DNA of 46,866 nucleotides from Vitrella brassicaformis CCMP3155 (GCA_001179505.1 CDMY01000586.1:1-46866), one strand, 5' to 3'; counted from the stretch's first letter, positions 33,422 through 45,518 are shown. The notes: generated from the sequence alone by a model not told the origin. Made by a program: numbers and translations.

Positions 33422-33610
33422 AGCCACGAGTGATGGGGCAACCATAAACACGAACTCCAAGGGAGCCCGAACCAATTTGCGAGCTCAAGAAGCGATCCCG
33501 AATTCGGGATTGAATGGACGCATTTCAGCCAGTCAGCGATGGAGGCTTCCGCGCAGCAGCCGGATCGCACGGCGGCGCAGACAAGTCGTCACATTCATTT
33601 CGTTTTTTAC
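33422..33610 (+). promoter_or_regulatory. Copy of the NADK upstream segment lying directly upstream of the RBR gene ATG
   Basis: Reverse-complement match to 28234-28419, ending 4 nt before ATG 33615. Confidence 0.85.
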
Positions 33611-33614
33611 GACC

Positions 33615-34761
33615 ATGGGCCAGGCCTCGTTTGGCTTCCCGCTCCACACTCACACACAGCAGGAAACCACGTTTCTCTGCTGTGTGTGTTTGGAGCATGT
33701 CAGCATCTATCATGCCTTTCGGCCGGCATGCAACCATCCCACGTGCAGAGCATGCCTGACCGAATACGTCAAGACGAAGACAAACGACGGCGAGGTCAAC
33801 GGTATGGCCTTGAACACACACCAGAGCTCTTGCTCTTTCTGTCTGTCTAATATGTGTGTTTCAGACAAAGATCTCATCTGCCCGCACCACGACTGCAAGG
33901 CGGTGAGAACGAAGAAGTCCCATGCACGACTCGGAGCGCGCCATTGCATGTTGTGGTCGTCAGAAGCTGCGCACAGATGACATTCTTGACCTCCTCCAGC
34001 ACGAGCCGGAGACCCTCACGAAGTTCCTCGACTTCAAGTAACCAAAGACGCGCACGAGACGAATACAGCCAACACTTCTTTTTTCAGAGCCCAACACTTC
34101 AAGCCTGAAGGGCGGGACGCGTTCGAGTGCATCATGTTTCAGTGCCCCACGCCTAACTGCGCATGGAGTATGGTTCCCAGCGACGCGATGAAGGCAAGTA
34201 AACAGACGTGATGAGTGCACATCAATCATGCTTTGATCGTGATCGTGCAGGTGCAGTGTCTGGGTTGCAAGAAGTACTGGTGCCCCCAGTGTTCGGGGGA
34301 GCCTCACCTTCCCTACACATGCCAGGAGGCGCCCGACGAGCGGGTCAAGCAGTGTCTGCGGGATATTGGCGGACACGTACGCATATACGCATTCGAGCGA
34401 CTGTCGACCTTCTCGACAGTGAATACCGTGTGTGACTGTCTTGCAGCAATGTCCCGCGTGCGGCATGGGCATCGAGAAGAAGGGCGGCTGCCAGTTCATG
34501 CGGTGCAAACTGGTCAGGGCATAAGGCGTCAACTTTGCATATTGCTTGATCATCCTTCGTGTGTCTGATTTGCGATTTGCAGTGCAACCACACGTACTGC
34601 AACGTTTGCGGCGCATCCGTCACTCCCGCCGAGGTAAGCCGGTGACCTACACGTACCATCCATCTGCCAACCAAGATGCCCTCTTATCCATGCAGGAACA
34701 CGCTCACCTGAAGTTCGGCCTATTCGCAAATGCGTGCGTGAACGTCCCCAAGACTGGCTAG
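33615..34761 (+). CDS. RBR (RING-IBR-RING2) E3 ubiquitin ligase
   Basis: RING1 CCVCLE...CNHPTCRAC...CPHHDC, IBR CPTPNC...CLGCKKYWCPQCSGEPHLPYTC, and RING2 CPACGMGIEKKGGCQFMRC...CNHTYCNVC. Stop TAG at 34759-34761. Confidence 0.9.
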
Positions 34762-34874
34762 ACCGAAGACCTCGGGGTCAAGAGGCGGGTTGGGTGCGTG
34801 TTGCCTGTGCCCGCGTCTGTCTGTGCATGTGGACCGGGTCAGCGGTGAAGGTGACAACCAGCTAGGCACATACA

Positions 34875-34913
<39 letters not shown>

Positions 34914-35473
34914 TATTCCGAAAGTGTCTTCAGTGCATGTGTGTCGAGCTGTCAACCGGGCCTTGTGACGTGCGTATGGATGTGTGTTGTGTGTGCCAAC
35001 ACCAATCATGCCATGCATGCTCACTGGCTGACTGGCTGGCTGAAGTGGATCGATGCAGTGAGGCCGACGTGTCCACACTCTCTTTTGAACAGTCGCTTTT
35101 CTCACACAGTGCATATGTGGGTGGGTGGGTGGGTGGGTGGGTGGGCGTTATCATTGCCGGCAGTGAGAATTTCTAAGGCAGAGAAGGCTGAGGATGGAGC
35201 AAGGCACAGTGGCAGAGGGGCGAAGAATCTTTCAAGTGCCAAATGAAGTGTGATGCGTGTGGGACGACCTAGCGTGTCGTGAAGTGCCCGTCTGTTTGTC
35301 CGTAGGGCTGTTGGTATGCCTGTCTCTCGCTCGCTCTCTCTCTCTGTGCTTTGTCTTCGATCCATGATGTGTGGATGTGTGTCGTGTGCACATCGCATTC
35401 TGTTTCTCGACATGAATGCTGGCAACCTTACCAAACGACATGTCGTTGCAAACATTACAGTCCGCTCATTTGT

Positions 35474-38400
35474 TCAGTCATCGCCTTGCACCACCCCCGG
35501 CGGCTCCAACAGATCAGCATTCCCAGCATCATCATCGCCGTCGCTCAGCCACCTGACCCCTCTGCCCCTCTCACCCCCCTCACTCGAGTCGCTCTCGAGC
35601 ACATTCGCCCCCGACTGATGAAGGCCCACCGACGGCGAGCCCATCTGCGGCGTCGAGTCGCCCAGCTCGGAGGCGTACGAGCTGTGCCGGTGCTGCAGCC
35701 GACGACGGATCACTTCGGTGGCCACACGCTTCTGCACATACACCAGCTGCCTCAACGTCAACTCGGCCAGAGTGGCCCTGAACTTGGCGGCCGGGAGGCC
35801 GTGCTCGCCGTCGTATGGTTGCCTTGTGGGATTGGGCAATCGAGAGGCGGTTTGAGAGACCGCGTGTCTCGCGGGCAGCGGGGGGAGCTGCAGGTGGGCT
35901 GGGGCCACTGAGTGGGAGTGAAGAGCCACGCTGGCCATCGTCGTGAGCGTCTCAGCTCCTTCCGGCGCCTCTTCCTCTTCTCCAGCACGATCAGGCCAGC
36001 CCATGCGTGGGAACTCCGGCGTCTGCGGCTGTTGCTGCGGCTGTTGCTGCTGATCTTCGTGGCTAATGCCGCGTGTCTCCTCCACTTGTTGCTGTTGTCT
36101 CTTTGGCGACTCGAGCGGGTCGGTGACGTGTCTCTTGGGACTGCGGGTGGGGGTTGACGGGTGCAGTGGAGGTGTGCGGCTGCCCGACTGCTTCATCCCA
36201 AAGGTACAGCTCCTGGAGTACTGGGGGCTGCCGGGCAGGGACTTGTCCTTCTTCCAGACAGAAAGGAGAACTCATACAGGCGTCTTTGCCAATGTTGTAC
36301 CTACCTCTTTCTCCTTGTTTGAGTCGAGCATCTGCAGCTCCCTCAGCCGCCTTCTCCCCTCGGCCTCCAAGCGGGCTGCCTCGTTCGGAAATTTTCGCAG
36401 CAGCTGCTGGAAGGTGCCGCGCTGGATCACCCGCAGGTCGCAGAACGTCACTGTCCTGGCAGGCAGGATCAGAATGCAGCCTAGGTGTATTCTGTTGTGA
36501 AAGTATGACTAACGTATGTGCGTTAGTTACTTGATTGTTGCTGTGCGTTTGTTGCTGATGCCCAGCAAGGCCATCTCGCCAAACACAGAACTGCAGAAGA
36601 GGGGTACATGATTGGTCAGGTCACATGGCCCGCCTGGCCTGCCTGCAGATGGACGGGGTTCCTACCCTTCAGACAGAGTTGCAACCTTGACGCCGCCCTT
36701 GAGCACGCTGCAGCCATACATCCACGCACAGACGCGGGCAGCTGCATGTGTGTGCTTATGTGTTTCGCCTCGGTCGCTCACTCGACAGTCCCATTTGCGA
36801 GGATGTACATCGAATCGCCGATGGAGTTCTCCTGCAGCACCACCTCGCCAGGGCTGACGCAACGAAGAAAAGAAAACAATCAAGGACAGCTCTCTCGTGC
36901 CTATGAGTGTGCCTCTTGCCCTTGCCTGAAGTATCTCCTTTGCATTTCGCCGCAGACGTCGGCGACAAACGACTCATCGGCGCCTTGAAACACCGGCGCG
37001 TGACGAACAATGCCTGAAAAATGTGACAGACATCAGCAATGGTGACAAATATGGGTGGTGTGCGTTTCTTTCTGTGTCGGTCTGTTGACCAGCGTTGATG
37101 TGCAGAGCAACCTCCTGCCTCAGCTTCGACGACAGCTCGCTCATCAGATACTTCTCGTCCTCCATGTCGTCACGACCCAGCTGATACCTGGTCCACCAAT
37201 GCAGGCAGACAGACACTTGCGCCGAAACCTCCCAACACGTCCCCTCACCGACCGACCGATCGACTGACCTTTTGAGGAACATGAAATACTCCCTGACGCG
37301 TCTCTGGAGCGGCAAGGGGAGGTCCTTGGCCTTGAGGAATGTGTTGATGAGGTCCATCTTGCGCTTGAAGCGCATCTGGGAGGCGTTGAGCTCCTTGACC
37401 AGAGACATGATGACGGTGATGAGGGTTGCGAGGATGCAGCTGCCGGCGATGGTCGCAAACACCTGGCAGACCAGCTCTTCCGTCGATATCCCTCGCACAT
37501 CGCCGTAGCCGATGGTCGTTACTGAATCAAGGCAGGGAAGACAAAGGAAGGTGAGCACATCGACAGGAGTGGCGGGCTGTCTGTGTGTGTCGATTGATTG
37601 ATGTCCACCAGTGGAGGCGGCAAAGTAGAGGGCAAAGACATATCTCATGCCATTGCCGTCGTCCCGCAAACCATGGTCATCAACCCAGCTCTCTCGGTCT
37701 TCGTACATCTGCACAACACAATGAGCGTCTAGAAACGCCTCACGTGTTCCCCCCTCTTTCTATCAATGCCGGCTGACCGTGTTTAGGGCAGCCACGTGGA
37801 AGATGCAGCATATCCAGTGGCACGTCAGGGAAGCCAGGATGGCGAACTTGATGATCGACACCACCGAGCCCTTCAGCACCAGGGCCTCCTCTAGCCTCTC
37901 AAAGATGCGACCGAGGCGGAGTAGACGCAGCAAACGGGCAATCTGTAGACGGAGACACGCAGAAATAAAGTCGCCCATTACACAGGAACGAAAAGATGCC
38001 TCCTGCTGACTGGCCTTGAGCAGTTTGAATGCCCGGAAGTATTTGGCGGTTGTGGATTTCTCTCCGCCGACAGTCCAGAGGAAGATGAGGTCGATCGGGA
38101 TGGAGGCCAGGAGATCGAACAAAAACCAGCCCCTCAGGTACTGACCGACACCGACGAGACACAATCAAAACAAGCGGGAGAAGGAACGGCCTTCTGACAC
38201 TTCGTCCGCTCTCTGCACCTTGTTGGCGATCTGTCGACGGTCAAGAATGACCTAAACAATGGGAGAAATGGAGAGACACCTCTCTGTCTCTGCAGGCATC
38301 CACACATAATCCGGCTTCCTCCTACTTGTCCGTCAGACTCGATGCCAGTCTGCACAAACAGCCATCCGTTGCAGATGGAACAACAGTAAGACCGTGTGTG

Positions 38401-39095
38401 AGACCTCTGTGTGTGCATTTCAGGTGTTGGCTGACACACGTTGAAGTTGACAAAGAGGTCAAGGATGAAGATGGCGTCCACCAACTGCATGATTTGGCAT
38501 CGCCACACGCACACACGTGTCAGTGTGTCAGTGTGTGTCTGTCAGTGCATGAAGGATTCGTACACGGTTGAGTTCGAACCATGGCGAGTCCAGAAACACG
38601 TCAAAGCACACAACAAACGGCTCCAACACAGCTGCACGACACAAACAGACACACACGAATATATCTCTCCACAGATCTACGTCTTCTTCAATGGCAATTC
38701 CTACCCGAGAAGACGATGAAGAAGAGCATGAACGAATCGTAGCGGATTCGGACCTCCCCGAATGGGTGGAGAACAAGGTCTCCCCGCAGACTTGACCGGG
38801 TCCCAAAGTTGACGTCCAACAACCCTGTGTGGGCCCGACGCAGACTCTGCATGCTCTTCATCGCAAGGCTCGCCATACTCTTCCTTTTCTGTGTTGTGGA
38901 GGAGAGCCTTTTCCCTTCGGGGGAGACTCCACGTCTGAGACTGGGGGCCCTGACGCGGCCCTCGCTGCTCCCGGTGGTTGCGTCGGTTCAAAGAGAGTGC
39001 ACGGGTCTTCGATCTGTCACTGGGGCGCTTGGACGAGTTCCAGATCCACCCCTCAGGTTCACCTCTGAGTTAGGGTCTGTGAAACCTTTCGCCAT
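35474..39095 (-). CDS. Cyclic-nucleotide-binding-domain potassium channel (KCNH/HCN/CNG superfamily); 5' end uncertain (39095 or 38876)
   Basis: S1 VLHPFGEVRIRYDSFML, S3 YLRGWFLFDLLASIP, S4 IARLLRLLRLGRIF, filter VTTIGYGD, C-linker LPLPLQRRVREYF, and CNBD GDSMYIL...FGEMAL. Confidence 0.9.
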
Positions 39096-39439
39096 TGGCG
39101 ATCCGAGCAAAAGTGAGCAACGTTGGCAAAGGACGAGGCAAGAGGTTCGAAGCCTTGGAAAAGTGCTGAATAGAGGCAAATCAGGCCCCCAGCGCAAGGG
39201 GGTTCGCTGTTCAATCGCGAGAGCATCTTCCGCCATTCCCGCCCTGCTGTCTGATGAAGATTGTTCATTCAGCCCTTACCGAAGTCCCACCTGACGCCCA
39301 CAACAGCCTTGTGGACTTCTAGGCTACCGCAATTGTTCGTCTTTGTGTCGCTGGGAGCTTTCCTTTCATCGCCGGCGACTGCATAGCTTTGTCGAGGAGC
39401 TTTTCCTGAGAGATTGGCAGCATAGCGCCTCTGTGGGAT
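39096..39439. promoter_or_regulatory. Divergent promoter region between the K+ channel gene and the Mei2-like gene
   Basis: The two genes are head-to-head within about 350 bp. Both starts are inferred. Confidence 0.4.
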
Positions 39440-42400
39440 ATGAGTGATCAGGCACGTGCCCAGGGAGAGGGATTGGGTGCCGTGAGTGGGGCTGCAGCAC
39501 CGCCCAGAGAGATCCATATAGGTGAGGGAGGGAGAGGGAGGGAGGTGGGGGAAGGAGGACAGGGCAACACATCGAGGCAGCCGGATGCATGCAGCGATGA
39601 GTGCTTGATGCGCACTGACGGATTTCCATTTCTGTCCTTTCTTGGTCCGTCCGTCTGTGTGTGTCCGTCCATTCAGTTCATCACCACCACCATCACTACC
39701 ACTACCACCACCACGTTCACGGAGCCACGCCGCCAAGCGATGACACCAACAGAAGCCAACAGACCAACCCCCCGACGGTAAGCCAGGGAAGCAAAGGGCA
39801 GAGATCCAATCGTCACCCATTCTCTGCCGTGTCCAACCGTCTGTTGACCAGCTTCCCCCCGTCCCGTCCCCCGCCCCTCCCGGCGGCCCTCCCGAGAGCG
39901 CCATCAACCTGCAGACCCTCGAGCTCGAAGCCGAGGCCATCTGCGAGAAGGCTGCCATCACCACCACGACCACCACTGCACAGCCGTCACAGCCGTCACA
40001 GCCACCCCCGCAGGCGGCCATCATGACGCCTGCAGCCGACCTTCACGGCTCGTCGGATGGATCGCAGTCGCAGGAGGGCGAGGGAGAGGTCAAGGGCCCG
40101 CTCAAGAAGATGAGCAACTCCAACGAGACGACCGACACGGACGGGACGGACAGCAAGGAGGGGGGCGTGGGCAGCTGGAACGCCAGTGGGAGCGAGGGGG
40201 GCGGCAAGGGGCTCGTGGTGCGAGTGCAGGCCGTCCCCAATGAGAGTGGCGACAGCGACGGGCTCGACGGGTCGTCGATTGGCGAGTCGACGCCCAGGGA
40301 GGACGGCATGGTCGCCTCTGACCTCAGGCACATGCCCCGCCCTGACGCACAGCAGCAGCAGCACCAGCGGGAGCAGCAGCAGCAGCCCCCGTCACTGTCC
40401 CCCCAGCCGCCACCCGCGCACGCCCCCTCTCCCTCGGCGCCCCACACGCCCCCGCGCCAGTACGACGTGGCGCATCGCGCGTCTGCGCCGCTGTACTCGT
40501 CGTCTGACCCGAGCAGCCCCGAGGGCCACAGCGTAGAGTTTGAGCTGAGGATGGAGGAGAACGAGGACGGGCCGTCGTCCATCGACTTTTCGGTCGGCCG
40601 GTCGTTCAGCCACGCCGACGAGGACTGGCACCCGTCAGGCAACCGCCCCTTCTACACGGGCTTCATGCCGCAGTCATTCCACCAGGCCATCAGCCACACT
40701 GACCACAGTGGGGGGGTCGGCGGCATGCACCGACACAAGTTCTTCGTGTCGCCGCTGCTGGACTCCATTGGCTGCTCCCCGGTGGGCTCGCCGACGCCAT
40801 CTTCCCCCATGCTGGCGTCGTCGGCCACGCCCAGCGAGCCGGACCAGTCCAACAATCTGCCTGAGCTGGCGGGAGTCGACACATTCGATCATGTCGATGA
40901 GGTAAGAAAGACAGCCGAGAGATCAGTTCTTAGTTGGTCAACTGTATGTGTTGTTTTGGTTTGCATGTCCTGTGTGTGTCAGTTGCCTGGTCTGAAGGCG
41001 ATCCAGAGCCGCTCACTGGGCGGTTGGTCGTTCCCTCCGCCCCCGCCCGGCTTCGACGGCAATGGGCAGCCGCAGCCACCACAGGCACACCCAGACCGAC
41101 ACATGAATGGATTCGCCAACATAGCGGTGCGCACCTAAACGAGGCAGGCAGCACATGTGAACCGACTCGCGGTTCGTTCCATTGTGTGTCCTCTGTGTTG
41201 GTTGGATGCAGGATCCGTCGAGCGCTCAGTCGGCGTCTCCCCACCTGCTGCAGCCCCCCCTTCCCCACACGGGCGCCCCATTCCCCGGGCCCCTCAATCG
41301 CAACCGCAGCTCGGGGGACGTCCCATTCGCCCTCACCGACACCACTCAGGCCGGCAGCAGCATCAGCAATGGCACCTTTTTTGCCTCGCAAGACAGCATG
41401 ATGGTGGCACACCAGAGCACCATGCAGCAGCGGCTTGGCGGTGCTGGGGGCGGTGTTGGGGTGCAGGGCGGCAGCGAGGAGATGACGATAAGGAAGAGCA
41501 TGAGTGTCGGGATAGACATGCAGAGTTTGAGGGGGGCCATCGGGGCGCTGGGCGACGGCAACGAAAGCGGGTCAGCCAACACACAACACAACAGACAACG
41601 TGTGACGAATTGGCGACAATGGCGTCCATTCGTCGTGTTTGTTGTTTGTGCGTGTCAGGCTGCCGTCCACGCCCACACCGAGCCAGCCGTCATCGCCGCA
41701 CCCAACCGGCCGGGGCAGGCGGCAGCGACGCGGTCGGGCGCAGTGTCCGGCGGGCGACGCCAAGGCCATCAAAGAGGCGTTCGAAATCAACCTGGAGAAG
41801 GTACCGATGACCACGATGGCGCCATGAGTATTGGTGTCCCAGGAAGTGAGGGCCTGTCTGTGTCTGTGGGTATGGTGTCTTGTGTGCAGATCAAGTCTGG
41901 GGAGGAGCAGCGGACGACGTTGATGATCCGAAACATCCCCAACAAATACACGTGAGCGAGCTGAGGTGGCACAAGACAGCACAACAGCTGTTGTCAGGGA
42001 TGGATGGATGGATGGATGGTTGTGCGGCTGTGCAGGCAGCGGATGTTGCTTCAGACGATCAATCGCAGCTACAGGGGACAATATGACTTCTTCTACCTGC
42101 CAATCGACTTCAAAAACAAGGTACGGGAGGCAGGGAGGCAGGCAGGCAGCGAGGGAGAAGCTCATCGCTGCCGTCGTCTGTGTGGTCAGTGCAACGTCGG
42201 CTACGCATTCATCAACTTCATCGAGCCCACGTACATCCCGCCATTTCACATACAGTTCCACGGTAGGTGGGTGCACCATCGCTCACGCAGCCACACCGCA
42301 CAGGCACGTCGGAATGTCTCTCTGTGTCTGTTGCTGTGGCGCGTTGTGTGTCTGGGCTGGCTGCGCTGGCTGCGTACAGGCAGCCGTTGGGAGAAGTTCA

Positions 42401-43267
42401 ACAGCGAGAAGATCTGCAGCGTGACCTACGCGCGCATCCAGGGCAAGGAGATGCTCATGAGCCACTTCCTCATGTCGTCCGTCATGTACCAGGCAAGCAC
42501 CCACACAGACAGACAGACAGACCAACCACAAGCGCCACCACCCATGCCTGCAGGATCGCCGCATGCGGCCCATTTTCAAGCTCGACCAGACGGACCAGCA
42601 GAACGCCTTTTTCAAGATCCACAACGTCGGCGAGCCCAAGGACGCCCCCATGCAGAGCCCCAACACCCACACAGCGGTGCCCTCCGCCAGATTCGGCAGC
42701 CCAATGGACGACAGCGATCTCGCTAGGCCCTCTGACTCGAGACCATCACCGGCCGCCTCTGCGTCGCCGCCCCCCTTCCCCTCACCAAGCGCATCCCCTC
42801 ACTCCCAGCACGCACAGGCGTCATCTCACTCGGTCTTCCGGCCACCGCTCCCCGGCAGCCCGCCAGCAGAGATGGACGTCGCACCGCCGCCCGGCTTCGC
42901 CTCAAGCCAGGGGCCTGCGTCCATGCCAATGGGTGGTGCCGCACTGCACTCTCACCCTCACTCGCCCAGCAGCCCGCCGCCGCCCCCGCCCCCCGAGCAG
43001 CAGCAGCAGCAGCAGGCGTCCACGTTCAACTGGCCGCGGGGCACCACCTCGCCGACGCCCACACCTCCTCCCCCACCTGGTGTGAGTGGCGGAGGATTGG
43101 GCGGGCGTGGGGGATTGGGCGGGTCTCATGGGGGCGGGCTGGGTGGTTTGGGCAACCTGGCCAACATGGGTGCGAGTTTCGGTCTGGGTGGTATGCGCCC
43201 GCAGCAGACCAGGGGTCAGGGGGGCCCTGGGCCGGGGAGGGGAGGGGGGCAGCATGGGTGGGCGTGA
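39440..43267 (+). CDS. mei2-like: Mei2-like RNA-binding protein (single C-terminal Mei2-type RRM, long low-complexity N- and C-termini)
   Basis: RTTLMIRNIPNKYT|QRMLL...GQYDFFYLPIDFKNK|CNVGYAFINF...WEKFNSEKICSVTYARIQG is the Mei2 RRM3 signature. The inferred start is MSDQAR at 39440. Confidence 0.9.
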
Positions 43268-45218
43268 TCAGTGAGGGACTGAGGATGGGTGGAGGGAGGG
43301 ATGGCTGTGGTGATCGATGGATCGTTCTGTACAGGTTGGTTCCTTCCCTGGTCTGTATGGTCGTCGTTCGGCTTGGTTGGTTTGTACGGTGGATTTCTGA
43401 GAGATTTTCGTTAAGATGCGTGTGGGGCGGGGCGGTCGATGGCTGGATACACGACGGATGCTGCGAATCGGTGGATGGATGGATGGCGTGGTTGAGTCTT
43501 TCTCCGTGTCTGTCTCATTTCCGCGTGAGTGTGTGTGTGTGTGTGTGTGTTGACTGATTGCGGCACCGTACGTACGATCGGGTCGAAAGGAGATTGCCTG
43601 CCTGCCTGCCTGACTGCCTTGTCAATTTTTCTGCCGCTCTCCCTCAGCACCACTGGCCTCTCTCTCCCTTGCGCGGCCAACTCACTCGTCATCTCTTCTT
43701 TCGTGTCGGCCCGTGTCGTCCGTCGTCGCGTTGTCCCGCCTGCCTAAACAGACCTGTTCCGTGTACAGTCAGTCAAGTGGCGTCGGTGCGTGCATTAGTG
43801 CGCACACACGTGGGGCGGTGTCGATCGGTCCGTCGGTTTCTCCCATGATTCATTCCATCGTCTGCGCGTGTGCCGTGCTGGTTTTGACCTACCTATCTAC
43901 CTAGATGTTTCTCCCAAGGCTGGCTTCTCCGATGGATGGATGGATGGATGGCCATTTTTGCTCTCTCTTGTCGTCTCGTCTCGGCTTCTCGTCTCCTGAC
44001 TCGTCTCTCTGTCCCTCTCTGTCCCTCTTCCCTTACTGAGTCTTGTGGGTCGACCGATCAGGATATCGACCTTTCGTTCTGTTCCTCCCTGGTCTGGCGA
44101 GAGACATGTGATAGTGTTGTCGCATCACACACACGCGGGCGGGGAGGGGCGCGTTGGGGCGGTTGTGAAGGAGCTGGGTGGGCATCTGGAGAGGGGGACA
44201 TCTGGAGAGGGGGAGAGATCGAGCCCATTCCAATCGCTCTTCATCGCTGGCCTGGTCTGGCCGAGGGAGGGGGAGAGAGGGGCTGCAGAGAGAGACACAG
44301 AGGGTCTGCGTTGCGTTGCGTTGCGTAGTGTTGTGTTGATGCGTGGCTGCCCAGGAGTTGCCCCACAGTCTGGCGGCACCTCTGGATGGACAGACAGACA
44401 GACAGACCTACCTGCCGGCAAGATTTTCCCATATTCTTTACATGCGCCTGTCTGCAGCAAGAGAGAGAGGGTCGGAGGAGAGGGAGGCGAGAGAAGAAGG
44501 ACAGATTGCTCATAATTCCGTTCCCGATAGGGGGTGCATGGCAGCGGTTCGTTCGTTGCTTCGCCTGCACCATTTTGTGATCGACACACGCTTTCCTGCT
44601 CATAGACCACACACACACACACACACATTCACTCCTTCATAAGACACGATTGCGTTGCTGCCTTCCTGCCTTGCATCGTTGGCCGATGTGGTGCTTTTTC
44701 TGTCGTTGCTCGTCCGCCCACCCAACCATCCATCCGCCCCTCATCGGCTTTTTAAGCAACAGCTGACGTGGGGACGGATGCACTCACACAGACATGGGAG
44801 GGGGGGAGGGGAGGGGGTGCATGGCATGGTGTGGCTCTTTACCATTTCGCCATTTGTTCCGGTCCACCCACTCAGCCCATCGCATGCATAGTTGCCTTCC
44901 TTCTGTGGTGCGTGTGGACTGACGTGGCGTGTCTAGGTGCTGGTGGCAGCACAGCACGGTGCGGTGCGGCATGGCCTGGCCTGGCAGTGCCCGCTCCTTT
45001 TTGCCAGGCCAAGCCAGCTGTGTTGGTGGACATACTCCACCCAGCCACAGCCACAGACCCTTCCAATGATCGGATGAATGGCTGCTCGTGCGCGTGTGTG
45101 TGTTGGTGTGCATCGGTGCCAATTCGATCCCCTGCTTACACACGCGCACTCGTCCATTCCATGACACCCAGACATTGATTGCTGTTTCCGCTTTTGAGAG
45201 GTGAGGGGGGGGGGGGGG

Positions 45219-45518
45219 NNNNNNNNNNNNNNNNNNNNNNNNNNNNNNNNNNNNNNNNNNNNNNNNNNNNNNNNNNNNNNNNNNNNNNNNNNNNNNNNNN
45301 NNNNNNNNNNNNNNNNNNNNNNNNNNNNNNNNNNNNNNNNNNNNNNNNNNNNNNNNNNNNNNNNNNNNNNNNNNNNNNNNNNNNNNNNNNNNNNNNNNNN
45401 NNNNNNNNNNNNNNNNNNNNNNNNNNNNNNNNNNNNNNNNNNNNNNNNNNNNNNNNNNNNNNNNNNNNNNNNNNNNNNNNNNNNNNNNNNNNNNNNNNNN
45501 NNNNNNNNNNNNNNNNNN
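45219..45518. other. Assembly gap (300 N) flanked by poly-G runs
   Basis: Run of N with G homopolymers on both sides. Confidence 0.99.
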
